Shown piece by piece: positions 24,817-38,585 of a stretch of 64,000 nucleotides of DNA (positions are counted from its first letter, which is position 1; each line of letters begins with the position of its first letter). Position numbers and translations under genes: made by a program. The notes below the pieces were generated by a model that made no database searches, was not told the DNA's origin, and saw only the letters and a list, made by a program, of their open reading frames with translations. Location of the stretch: contig NC_043000.1 of the NCBI RefSeq assembly GCF_006345805.1, positions 62,372,001 to 62,436,000 of the forward strand, in the 5' to 3' direction. This stretch comes from Octopus sinensis (Eukaryota).

Positions 24817-25085
24817 TCTTTTTTACTTTTTAATTGCTTCAGTCATTTGGCTGCAATCATGCTGGGGCACCGCCTTGAATTTTTAGTCGAATGAATCGAC
24901 ACCAGTACTTAAATCATAAGCCTGGTACTTATTCCATCGGTCTCTTTTGACGAACAGCTACGTTACGAGGACGCAAATAAACCAACGCCGCTTTCCAAAT
25001 GGTGGGGAGAGACAAACACAATTACAAACACACATACACACATGCATACATACATATATATATACGACAGGATTCTTTCAGATAA
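24817..25085 (-). mobile_element. SINE family B
   Basis: cagtcatttggctgc..catgctggggcaccgcc..gacaaacac..(CA/TA)..ttctttcag. Confidence 0.7.
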
Positions 25086-25430
25086 CTGTTGTCGGTTTCT
25101 TTACAACCTTGCAACTTAGCGTTTCGAGAAAAGGAGAAAAGGTCATTATAAGTAGTAGTTGTAAAAGTAAACCCTATGCTGGCTTTGATCGTCTAAACTT
25201 TCCAAGTCGGTTCCTCAGCATATATGCATATATACATATATAAATAATAAACAAAACAATAAATTGAACAATTAGAAGTTCAATTAGAAATTCAATTCAA
25301 TTTACATATTTTATACAAACATTTTATTTACCTATTGGAATAACATTGTTATTGATATAGGTAATATAAACCAGTAACTTCTTCGGATATTTAATATTCC
25401 CCAGGTGAATTTTACACCTAGCTAAATTGT

Positions 25431-25465
<35 letters not shown>

Positions 25466-26452
25466 ATGTGTGTGTGTGTGTGTATGTGTGTGTGTGTATT
25501 TATGTATGTATGTATATACATGTACATATATATATTTTTGCATACATATGTATTTAGGTATTATGTAGGCATGCATACTTGTACATCCTTACACCTCGAT
25601 CCTGTACAGGAACAATGGTCTGACAATCTCAAGCCATATGAACGTTCGCGGCATGGAATGGTTCCGGTATAAAATTATAAACAACTTCAAAACACGTTAC
25701 TATCAGTGCCGGGAAAAAAACCATACTGCACAACAGTCAATCTCTTATTTATCGACCCTGAAAGAATGACGTGTGTAGCTGACTTCGACTGAATTTGAAC
25801 CGACATTGCTGAGACACTCTACATTATCCGACACTCTAACGATTTTGCCAATACGCCATCTTGTTAATTTATAGTTTTATAGTTTGGTAAGGAAAGCTGG
25901 TGTCAGTGTGTAAGGAGAACAGAATTATTCTCTTGATAAGCTTGTCTCAGCTATTAGGTGACGGCAAATTGGAAAATCAGTAGCATTAGTCCGAATTGTA
26001 ATTTGCTGTAATGGAGTTAGAATTTAATCGGAGATAAATGTAACTAGACACAAATGAAAATTTTTAAAGTATATCAAAGTGTCAATAGGTGACATTAGTT
26101 ACAGGAGTCTTAATTCTCTGTTGTGTCATGAAAATATCAGATATTAGATACAGGTATCCTACTCTCACTAATAGTTGAAGTTCGGATGCCGTGAGAAGAA
26201 ACGAATCTTGACGTTACGGAATATATATGAAGAGAAGAGTTTATCAATCCCTTCACTCATCGTCAGTATTTTCTTCTCTTCACAAGGAATTTGTTCACTT
26301 CAAATGTTCGGACATAATTAACGAATTCTAAGTTAGCTCTTGCAGTTCTGTGGTTCTACCTGTGGGTCTACAGATGGCAAAAGAAAAACCACTACACTGT
26401 GTTTTGTCCTGAAAACAGGGAAATTACTTCAGTTGTGTAGTCGTTGTTGTTG

Positions 26453-26610
26453 TTCTTCTTCTTTTTCTTCTTCTTCTTCTTCATGATGATGATGATGATG
26501 ATGATGATGAAGAAGAAGAAGAAGAAGAAGAAGAAGAAGAAGAAGAAGAAGAAGAAGAAGAAGAAGAAGAAGAAGAAGAAGAAGAAGAAGAGAACGAAGA
26601 AGAAGAAATT
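26453..26610. repeat. Compound (TTC)n-(GAT)n-(GAA)n microsatellite
   Basis: Directly visible. Confidence 0.97.
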
Positions 26611-27428
26611 AATAACGATGGGAGGGTGATGATAAGACGATGACTTTTCTTCTTTAGTATTCCTCATGGAGTAAACAAATAGTCAAAAGATTCAGTTGTT
26701 GTCTTCATTTTTTTGTTGTTTTATTTTCAAGTGTAGTTTAACTAGCACTGTACTCACCAAGTTTTTTGTAAGGAGTGGGCCGGTAATTTGCAAGACGGTA
26801 AGTTGAGAGAGACTTGGCTATTATCTTTCGACCAAGCATGTAGAAGCTCTGTAATAATTGATCCAGATTTTCTTTGATAAAGTTTACACAGTTCATAGCT
26901 CGCTGTAACTAACTTCAGGATCAAGATATTTACGTTGCCTCCTTTACAGTTATTTTGTGAAATTTATGATGTGTAAATCAAATAGATTTAAGAAGTTTTG
27001 AAAAAGAACGAGTTCCATACGAATGAATAATAAAAAGAAAGGAATTTCCCATGGTCTTTCGATTCCCCACCTGACTAATAAAATTGATGCGATTGATGTT
27101 CAGTGAGCTGAAGTCTACTGAAAAAGTTTTTTAAAATATACGAGTGTGAGAAGACCATTTCAGAAACAGCAATTCTGAGTTTCGTTCATTGGAGATATAG
27201 TTTACCTCTGGTTTCAGCTGAAGCACTTGTGAAATTAAGGAGCCATAACATGGCTCGCAGTGCTGAGTTCAACGTCTACGACAGACCAGATTTATATGAA
27301 ATCATATTTCACTCTTTCTGTGTGTGAGTGTGTACTTATATGTATGTATGTATGTACATATATTTGTGTATTATATGTATGTATGTATATATGTACGTGC
27401 GTGTTCGTGTAAGTATAATTTTCATATA

Positions 27429-27685
27429 ATATAATAAATGCGCCCTTTTAAAGCCTAGTCAGGTTCATGATCCCGGTTTCCCGGTTTCTATGGCGTATGT
27501 GTCCGCAGCTGGACGGGACGCCAGTCCGTCGCAGCGTTACTCATTTTTGCCACCTGAGTGGACTGGAGCAACATGAAATGAAGTGTTTTGCTCAATAACA
27601 AAACGCGTCGCCCGGTCCAGGAATCGAAATCACTATCTTACGATCATGGTGCTGACACCCTAACCACTAAGACACGCGCCTCCAC
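27429..27685 (-). mobile_element. tRNA-derived core SINE with 14-bp TSD
   Basis: Minus-strand head tcttagtggttagg (A box) and gatttcgattcc (B box), then ttgagcaaaacact core. TSD ataattttcatata at 27415-27428 and 27686-27699. Confidence 0.85.
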
Positions 27686-27764
27686 ATAATTTTCATATAT
27701 ATATATATTTGTATATAAGAAATAAGAAAAAGAAATGACAAAGGAATAAATTATTATTTTCTTT

Positions 27765-27897
27765 TCTACTCTAGGCACAAGGCCCGAAATTTTGCGGGAG
27801 GGGGCCAGTCGATTAAATCGACCCCAGTACGCAACTGGTACTTAATTTATCGACCCCAAAAGGATGAAAGGCAAAGTCGACTTCGGCGGAATTTGAA
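27765..27897 (-). mobile_element. SINE family A, 5'-truncated
   Basis: aatcgaccccagtacgcaactggtacttaatttatcgacccc..gtcgacttcggcggaatttgaa. Confidence 0.8.
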
Positions 27898-29944
27898 AAT
27901 AAATGATTATCTTATGAACTTCATTATCTTACAGATGTTTCTTCTATAATATTCAGTGGGCCCATAGTTGAGTTCAACTGAAACTATGTTGGTATATGTA
28001 TTCTTAAGGTGAGTTTGGCATATATAATTTAGACAAACATATATGACAAAAGCGAATACTTTTCATGAATGTAGTTGCTGATGATTTTCTTCTATCAATA
28101 TTTTTTTCTTCTTTTAGGATGCAAATTAAATGCTTTTATGTATGTGTGTGTGACTTTTGTGGCAGATAGAATGACCCAAGAAGATTGTCCTTCATGAAAT
28201 ATTAATAAAAGAAAACTAAAAGGGTGGTTCTTCTCAATCAAATGTTTTTAAAATTATATCAAATAATATCGAATAATGATTTCAAGATTGAAATAACTGA
28301 AATTCACAATTCTTTTCAGAAAAATATGAGTTCTAAAGCTGTATTTTTTTTGTTTCTTTTTTTCCAAGTTTTATTTTTTATTCTATCACTAAGAAAAGTT
28401 AATTTCCGTTGAAATATCAATACAATAATGAGCTATAGATCAAACTTTAAAATTAAAGTTGATTTTATCATATGTCTGTCTGTAACATGTGTCAAGATTC
28501 ATAACAATATTGAGACAAGAGGAAATATTCGTGGAAATAGATAATTTATCAAATAATAGCTTAATTACGAAAATACGAGAATCTAATATGAGGATAGACT
28601 CGGGGTATTAGATTTACCTTCTATAACCACCTGACGGCAGAGGGAGATATGATTTGTTTCGATAAAAATATTACAAGCGAAATCAATCCCAACAATGGAG
28701 AAACTGGAGAAGCCTTCCATAATTCCTCCACTAGTGACGATTCAGGCAAGTCGCTGCTGTAGAAACCTCAAGCTCTCAGTAGGTCTGTAATACAATTAGA
28801 CCGAAAGTGGCAAAGAAAACAGTTTTAAAATGGATTGGATAAATAGTCATCGATCCTTGGACTTATTTTTCTTACTGGAGTCCATTTTATCGCTCCAAGA
28901 AAAGCATAGCTGAGCTTAGTGAGACTCTAGAAAATAAAACTAAAAGGCACAAATACCGTAAGGCATTTTGTCTGTCACTCAAATACAAAACGCTTGTGCT
29001 GGATGAATATTAATCACTACCATAGGCACAAAGACTGAAATTTGGTAGACAGCTAACTTATATCGTGACAATTCTTTTAGAAGTTGTTATTTTTTGGTCT
29101 GGAAGAAGGAGCAGTGATAACAGCTTTTGCCGAGTCAATTTCATTGAGACGATGTGATGATGTTTCTTTTGAATAACTTGCAAAATTGGAAGAAATGGAC
29201 AAATAATGCAAAATTTAGGTTAGGTGAGGTACACTATACAGAAAGCAAAAGAAAGTAAAAAACGCGAGTAGAAATGACACCAGATTAACCAGCACCGAGG
29301 AACACTGGCCTGTACTAACGATGAATGAAAAAGAACGAAGGCACATTATGAATGCTAGCAAAGAGTTAGCCGTGTGTTGGTGAACAATTTCACGACAACC
29401 AGTTGGCATTTCTGTGATGTCTGTACGAGTAGTTACTCTGTATAAGGTGTAAGAGAATTATTCTGTTGCAGGACATAATTGAGCTTTTGATGAGGTTAGT
29501 AACTTTTGACTGGTACTTCATCTAATAGGCTATACTCGTTCCTCTAATATACCGTCCTTGGATTGAAAATAGCTTTCTAAAATCCTAAAATTATTAAGAA
29601 TGAAGTGGAATTTGCTGGCTGCATATATTTATTAGCGACAGAAACAGTGAAATACCAGAATTAAGACTTTATATGATTTAGTTACGAAATCTACTTTCAG
29701 ATGTCAAATTACTTCGAATCTCACAAAGCATTTCGTTCTTTCGATGCTGATACTAAGTGTTGGTTTACACGCTAGTGATCCTTCTCAACAAAGAGTGTCC
29801 TTGTATCAAAGAGATATTTTATTCATACAGAGTACAGTCTGAAGTGCGAAATATTGGAAGTGTTAACAATTAAACTGACAACACTGTTAGGGGTATATGT
29901 TTACTTGTATACACACGCACAAACATATATGTACGTATGTGTGA

Positions 29945-29993
<49 letters not shown>

Positions 29994-30628
29994 TATATAT
30001 ACATATATACACGTTTATGTATAGGTCTTAATTATCTCTCTCCCCATCTCTCTCGCTATGTATATATATGTGTGCGCGCGCATGTATGTATATCGTGAGA
30101 TAATAGTTATTCCCACTTAAACGTGGATGGTCTGATAGAACAAACATTACTGCGGTCGATACCATGAGATAAACTCTGATATAGGCTTTTGATGCAAATT
30201 GCATGCTTATCTGTATCTCTAGCGGGGAGATAAAGCCCCACCAACATTAGTTGTAACCCGAAGTGGAAGCGGTGATAGGAAATAAACAAACTTTAGCCTA
30301 ATTCAAATAAAGTTATGACATATTTTAACTTCTCAAGTTAATATTACTGCAGTTTACCATGGAGAAAAATTCTTGCTAATGGAAAAAGATGTAAATGCAA
30401 TATTGACTTCCTTAGGTGAATTTCTGGCTCGTTATTCCATCCTTTGCAGAGAATACCAAAGAAGGTTAACCCTGATCTTACAGAAAGCCGTTGCTTTATC
30501 ACGAATCAGTCAATGCTAGTGACTGATTCAAACGAGGAATGTTTTTCTGTTTCCACGGTGATCTGTAGTGAAACGGGTTTTAGACGTTGATATGTAACAA
30601 ACGTATTTGAACTAACCTACAGTTTACA

Positions 30629-31856
30629 TATTTTGTTCCGAAAATAATGGCCGATTTCAGAAAAATTAACAATAGAAATGTTTCATTAGTCAAATATGAG
30701 CCGTGAACATCTATGCATCTCAGCCATCGATCAACGAGATTATGCAAGTTCTTAAAAACTTATTGGTTTTGATTCTAAGAAATATTTGGAAGCTGATTAC
30801 CCCTCTGGTTTGGACCTGCAAGTTGTATCACTTAAAAACATGTTTAAAATGCTTTAAAAAATCGTAGTCAGTGGGTGAAAGAGCTGGAGAATATGGAGGA
30901 TGTGGTAAAGTCTTGTATCCCAAGTATGTGAGTTTCTGCGGCGTCATTCCCGCAACATGTGGTTTTGCATTATCGTGAGGCAGAATTGGGCCACGCCGAT
31001 TCACCAATGCAGTTCTCATTTTTTGCAAGTGAGCATGCATTTCAGCGAGTTGATTGCAGTAAACCACTGCTGTAATGCTCTGATTGGCTCCCAGAAAGCT
31101 GTAATGAACAACACCAATTGCAGACCACCAGAGAGTCACCATAATCTTTTGCTGATGCAACTTTAGCTTTGGGAAATATTTGGAGACTCATCACAATCAA
31201 GCTATTGATCTGATCGTTTAGTTATCATAAAGGACCCACTTTTCGTCACAAGGGAATATTCAGTCAAGAAAAGGATCATTGGTGCTTCGCAGAAAGAGCA
31301 TCGAGCATACTTCAAAATGCCGAACATTTTGATTTTTATTGAGCCCATGCAGTACCCATTTATCGAGCTTTTTCACCTTACCAATCTTCTGCAGATTGTG
31401 TGAGACGTTGCAATACCGACACCAGGTGCCTGAGACACTGCTCTGATATTTTGAAGTGGGTTTTGTTCAAAAATTGCTTTCAATTGTTCATTGCCAAGAC
31501 TGCATGACCGTCCTCTGCCTTCTTCATCTTCAAGGCTCTTATCACCACTACGGAATTTCTGAAACCAATTTTGCATACAGTGCGATCACTTGTAGACCCC
31601 TCTCCCTATGTTCTGTTGATATTGGCAGCATTTTGCCCAAGCTTGAACTCATGCAAGAAAAGTAAACGAAGGTGCTGTTTTTTTATGTTCATAATTAGGG
31701 GCGCCTATGCTTCAAAAATGTTTTCTATATGAAATAAGTAGAAAATTATTAAAGAGTATACATCACTTATTAAGTATAATATAATTAAAATACTGATAAA
31801 ATTGCTTTTCAAAACACAACACTTAGAGCAGCCACTATTTTCGGAACGACCTAATA
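30629..31856 (-). mobile_element. Full-length mariner (DD34D) transposon relic
   Basis: WFQKFRSGDKSLEDEEGRGR (HTH), WVLH, and HDNAKPH..HPPYSPALSPTDY with 34 residues between the catalytic Ds. The TIR core gttccgaaaata(a/g)tggc is at both ends; about 1.23 kb; frameshifted. Confidence 0.92.
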
Positions 31857-31864
31857 CACACACA

Positions 31865-31914
<50 letters not shown>

Positions 31915-32124
31915 TGGTGGCTGCTCCCTCATTATCGAGTATGGCCGTTTAACGAAGCTTAATCAATGTTGTTATCGTACAATGCCTGTGCAAGAATATT
32001 TTTTTTAAGTGAGGAAAGGCTGTGCACTGAGTCAATCACACACACTAAGCAACAGCAGCCATTTATCCGAAAACAAGAACAAGTCAACATCATTGGTAAC
32101 CACTGAGCCGCAGGTTTTATGTCG

Positions 32125-32462
32125 GAGTTATCCTAGTTACCTGAGTTACCTTCTCCTAGAAAGATGCTCTAACAAACGCTAGGAGTCCTTCACTCCCAAT
32201 GGTTTAACCGCGCGATTATTTGTCCGATTATTTCCATGTCCCCGTGCATGATACAGCCTTAAGACATTTATTGGATGGCCGTTAACTCTCAAGAGTTCCT
32301 CCGCCCTTTGACGGGTTTTGTTTTTCATCTCACAGGGTGTCTAATAAACACCCTCTTCACCAAGCAAGCTTGGTGGGGTTGCCGGTTTAATCGCCGACGG
32401 CCCGACCATGCAACAGGTTGTACTGGGTTAAATGTTACCAGTAGCACTCGAAAGTGACCTGA
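32125..32462 (-). repeat. Repeat resembling RTE-LINE 5' UTR or RTE-related SINE segments
   Basis: Minus strand ggcaaccccaccaagc..gagggtgttt..aaaacccgtcaaagggcggaggaa. The assignment is from memory and unverified. Confidence 0.35.
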
Positions 32463-32569
32463 CATAGACACACATACATACATACATACATACATACATA
32501 CATACATACATACATACATACATACATACATACTTACATGCATACATATATACATACATACATACATAT

Positions 32570-32648
<79 letters not shown>

Positions 32649-32760
32649 AGATAGATAGATATAGATATATACATACATATATATATATACAGAGAGAGAC
32701 ACAGAGAGATAGAGACTGACAGACAGAGAGACAGGGGGAGAGGTAGTTAGATAGATACAT
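32463..32760. repeat. (CATA)n-(GATA)n compound microsatellite
   Basis: Directly visible. Confidence 0.97.
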
Positions 32761-32811
32761 AATACACGCACGCACACATATGTGTATATGAATAAAGACT
32801 AGTAGAACCAA

Positions 32812-33548
32812 GTATATAGTTTACCATTCACATATATATTTGGTACACTATACTGCTTACCAGGGGCAGGTTGATGCATGACAACAGTTTTCTTGAGATT
32901 GATTGTCAATCCTAAGGCAGTGCAAGCATCAGAGAATGCATTTAAAATGTGTTGCATATCAATCTCTGTGTGTGCTACTAGCTCACAATCATCAGCATAC
33001 AAAAGGTCTCTTATGACAGAGGTAAATATCATTGTTTTTGCAGCAAGGCGCCTGATATTAAATATGCTGCCAGAGGTTCGATAATGGACGTAAACACCGT
33101 ATCTGCAGTTTCTGAATGCAATACAGAGCACCATCGCGAAATATATGGAAAATAGGGTCGGTGCCAGAATATCCCCCTGTTTCACTCCATTTTGTATTGA
33201 AATGGGCTCCGACATCTTCCCTCTAACATTCACCCTACCATTCATGTCTTCATGAAAAGACCTAACCAAAGCAGGGAACTTTTCAGGACACCCAAGTTTC
33301 TGGAGGACTTTCCACAATGCTTTTCTATTGACGGTATCAAAGGCTTTTGTCAGATCGACAAACACCTGATATAAATCTAGACCCTGTTCCACACACTTTT
33401 CCTGAAGCTGTCTAGCTGAAAAGATCATATCAGCAGTGCCGCGTCCCACACGAAAGCCAGATTGACTTTCTGGAAGAACACAATCTGCAATGTATTTCAG
33501 CAGACGATCCAGAAGTATCCTGCATAAAACCTTTCCTACAGCAGACAG
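32812..33548 (-). pseudogene. RTE (BovB-like) LINE reverse transcriptase internal fragment with open frame
   Basis: LPESQSGFRVGRGTADMIF, FVDLTKAFDTV, GVKQGDILAPTLF, DLLYADD, GLTINLKKT. About 245 codons without a stop. Confidence 0.93.
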
Positions 33549-33590
33549 CATATATACATACATACATACATACATACATACATACATACA

Positions 33591-33621
<31 letters not shown>

Positions 33622-33654
33622 GCATTTATTACTGTGTTGACCAGGTTATCGCAC

Positions 33655-33900
33655 GTTGTTATGCATCACTAGTCACAATATGCTTCCTTGTATGTGTTAT
33701 AGGTTTCAGATGATGCCACCCACCTGGATAGGTGGGGAAGCTAACAATTCCCCCAGAATGGAACACCAGTCCGTCACAGGGAAAGTCATTTACAGCTGAA
33801 TCGACTGGAACAAAGTGAAAAGAAGTGTCTTGTTTACAAACACAACACATTGCCAATCTGGGAATCGAAACCACGATTTTGAGATTCTGAGTGTCACACC
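33655..33900 (-). mobile_element. tRNA-derived core SINE (decayed)
   Basis: Minus strand gtggtttcgattccc B box, then aaacaagacacttc core and gtcgattcagctg. Confidence 0.6.
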
Positions 33901-33909
33901 TCTATAATA

Positions 33910-34850
33910 ATAATTATAGCTTGTAAATTTATGACATTTTATTCTTTTGTCATAATATTCACTATTTTCTGTAATCTTATATTATCATTATATTTTTTGA
34001 TTTTTTTTATTATACCTTATATTCATTATGTGACTATAGGACTAAATTTCTTTAAATATTGTATCTGAATGCACTCCTTTATATATTTATATCTCTAATT
34101 TAATCACCCTTGCATTAGATCTCATTTCTTACTATATCCTATGTTTACACACCCATTTTTGACGGGAATGGTTTTAATATCAGTTTAATGTACACTGACG
34201 TATCTATTTATATTATAAACAATTCCGTTATACATTCATCATATAATATTTTACCAGAATATTCTATACACTACATTTATGAAAAATCTTAATATATCTT
34301 AAAGTATCCTCTTGTTAAAATTTTAAGTGTAAGTTCTAGCCTTCATCTATATATTTAATTATATTTTGCTTTATAAATATGCTAAGTTACAATGTACCCT
34401 TTCTCTTATTCTCTGAACTTCTCTTCCATCCTAATTTCTAATACTTTATTCCTTTAGTCGTTCATTACCTTCCCTTTAAAATGACAATCAAACTAAGTAT
34501 TGTCAGCTCTTCCTAACATTCTTTCCTTTAATTATCAGCCCTTCCCCATCAGGCATTCCCTTTTTTAGCTCCCCAAGTCTTACACTTTGGTGTAGACAAA
34601 ACCGGATATAAGGTAGACTGTCATGGTACTAATTAATCACCTTTGTCTCTAAAATACAGCCACGTAAAAGATTTAATTTTGGATGACCGATGACTAAATT
34701 CCCCCTATTGTCTTCGAAGTGTAGGCTCTCAATTATCCCTCCCTCCACTATAACCTCTACTAACCTTAAATTCAGGTAGATTCAACATTATACTATTTTC
34801 TAAACTAATTATGTCAAAGAAATAACAGCAAGGTCAATGTACATGATTTG
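33910..34850 (-). mobile_element. Decayed AT-rich LINE 3' fragment, possibly L1/Tx1-like
   Basis: Minus strand gives SSKIKSFTWLYFRDK and PKCKTWG, resembling the zf-RVT/CCHC C-terminus. Heavily degraded. Confidence 0.35.
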
Positions 34851-35024
34851 AGCACCATTGGTGTTGTGAATATGCTAAATGAGTTAGTTTGTTCTTTGCG
34901 TTTAAAGTCTATGCAGTCATCTGTCGAACACGGTTTCTTTAGCAGTGATGTAAGGTTTTTATTAATCAAATAAAGGAGTCAATTGACACTTATACATGCT
35001 GTTACTCATATATACATATATATA

Positions 35025-35100
<76 letters not shown>

Positions 35101-35173
35101 AATAAAATTTTATTCAAAAATTTCACCAGTGACCAGCATATGAAAAATACCTTTTGGGGTGAAGATTATAAAT

Positions 35174-35383
35174 ACAATTATAAATGAGGGACACAAAGAA
35201 AAAAAATTCTTTACTACTATACTGAAAAATAGACGCTAAAATCGTATAACCACATAAAATATTTTCACTTATATTATTACATAATATAACTGAAAATATA
35301 TTATGTGGTTAGACGATTTTAGCATCTATTTTTCAGTATATTGGCAAAGAATTTTTTTTCTTTTTGTCCTTATTTATAATTGT
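35174..35383. repeat. ~210-bp imperfect palindrome (fold-back)
   Basis: Arms 35174-35276 and 35282-35383 are reverse complements at roughly 90% identity, with a 5-nt loop ttaca. Confidence 0.95.
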
Positions 35384-35599
35384 GTGTATGTATGCACGTA
35401 TGTACGTATGTATGTATGTATGTATGTAAGTATGTATGTATGTATATATATATATATATATATATATCCATCTATCTACTTATCTATGTATCTATCTATA
35501 TCTATGTATCTATCTATCTATCTATCTATCTATATATATATATATTAAGTGTAGGAAGAAATAGAGCTGAACAAAGATTTAACAAAGTTCCTTTATATT

Positions 35600-35685
35600 A
35601 TTTTCCACAAATGTTTCGAAGGCTGCAAAGTCCCTAATTCGGATTGAATAAGGAGTCCATTTTGCAGCTTTCTCTTCAGGAAAAT
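35600..35685 (-). ncRNA. Hammerhead-like motif with extended helix II
   Basis: Minus strand attttc CTGAAGA GAAAGCTGCAAA..TTTGCAGCCTTC GAAAC ATT tgtg gaaaat. Helix III reads ACAT where a minimal hammerhead would have ACGT. Confidence 0.55.
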
Positions 35686-35841
35686 CCAGGAACTTAATTC
35701 TCCAACAAATGCACAAGCTTTTCGACAAACGCTCACTAGGAGCCCATGAAAAAAATGTTTTTTCTGTTGTGATTTTTGCTACCCAGGTATCGGTTATCAT
35801 TTGAATTATCCGTAATAAGATAATTCATTTATCTACTTCAA

Positions 35842-36707
<866 letters not shown>

Positions 36708-37819
36708 TATATATACACACATATATATATATATGTGTGTGTATATATATATGTGTGTGTATGTATATACATGTGTGTGTGTGTATGTGTATATATATAT
36801 ATATACACACACATACATTACAAAAAGCTATGAGAGAAAAACATCTTTTTCACCAGTTGATACCCATAATATGACGGTTGTTTTGCTAATTGATATCCTC
36901 GGATATCAACTGGTGAAATAAATATTCATCTCTCATTCTGCCTGACAATTTATGATCTGTGTACTGCTCATGGAATAATTTCATAGATTAGACCTATTGG
37001 AATCCAGCTACATGGGATTCTACATTACGCTCCTCCGTATTGGATTACTATGTTGTTTTGTGGCCGAGTCCACTGGAGAAGTTTTTCTGTGATTGCCACA
37101 AAATTCTATGAATCCATATATTGCACTACAAATTTATATAACAAATACATATTTATATCCACACCCATACAGTCAATCGTGTTTGTTTGTATGCACGTAT
37201 GTATCCTTATATACACAGAGAAAGAAATAGAGAGGCAGAGAGAAAGTAAGTGAAGAGACCCATATTAAGATATTAAATAGGTTTGTTAGAAAAAGCGCTC
37301 TTCCAGATCTTTGTCGAGATCTTTTCAAACGAAGCCTAAACTTTAATAAACTAATATATATATATATGCCGTAGTATATATAGTTTGGCTGTGGAACGTA
37401 AAGCATATAAGGGTAGATTAATTGTTAACAGAGAAATTTCCGAGTTGTAACATGTTATATAAGAATGGTGGGGATAAAAACAAAAATAAATAAAAGAAAA
37501 TAAAGGAGAAAGAAATGAGAAAGAAAAAGACTATCCTACGATATTAATGCACCCTTTTATTACCTTAATAGCGCTAAGATCTTCTTCTTTATCACTTTCA
37601 CCGAGGCTTTTCTTATTCTTCTTTCTGCCCTTTCGTTTCTTTTCTTTCTATCTCCATCATTCATAATATTACCTGGAACTCGAAAATTTTTCTTTCGGGA
37701 ATTAATGTCCCCTTTTCATTTTACTTTCTGTGCCTATGACTCTATCTAAAATGTTTCCATAGATCAATTACTCAGAGGCAAACTATGTATTAGATAAACT
37801 ACATGAAGAAAATATCTAT

Positions 37820-38072
37820 ATGTTACAAGCGCTTGTGTGGCATGTTACAGGCGCATGCGTGACACCTTGGGCAAGTGACTTTTACTGTCACCTCGGACTT
37901 AATAATATCTTTTAAGTATACAGACAGAAACTGAAAGAAGACTGTTGTATCTATCTATCTATCTATCTAACACGACTGTAGTTCGGCCAAGGAGATGAGC
38001 TGCGGGAAAGCGCACCGCACAAACGGTGACCACACCTGTTCACCGTCGCCTATGAAGCGCCGGAAATGTCGC

Positions 38073-38158
<86 letters not shown>

Positions 38159-38169
38159 CATATGTATAT

Positions 38170-38234
<65 letters not shown>

Positions 38235-38239
38235 TATAT

Positions 38240-38273
<34 letters not shown>

Positions 38274-38585
38274 AATATATATATATATATATTATATATA
38301 TATATACATTATATATTATATATTGTATATATATTATATTATGTATATATATATATATTATATATATATATATAATATATATATATATAGGGAGAATGTG
38401 AGGGCGAGTCATGTGTGCTTGTGTCTGTGTTATGTTTGTATCCCTCGTAATTTAGCGGTTCGGTAAGAGGGGTCGATAAAATAAGCACTAGGCTGAAAAT
38501 ATAAGTACTGGTGGTGATCTGTTCGACTAAAACTATTCAAGGCTGTGCGGCAGCATGGGCACAATCCAATGACTGAAATAGGTAA
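37820..38585 (+). mobile_element. SINE family B with expanded internal (TA)n and a foreign insert
   Basis: Head ccttgggcaagtg..aaactgaaagaag (to 37945) and tail gtaatttagcggttcgg..gactgaaa (38400-38585), separated by a GC-rich insert and (TA)n. Confidence 0.7.
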
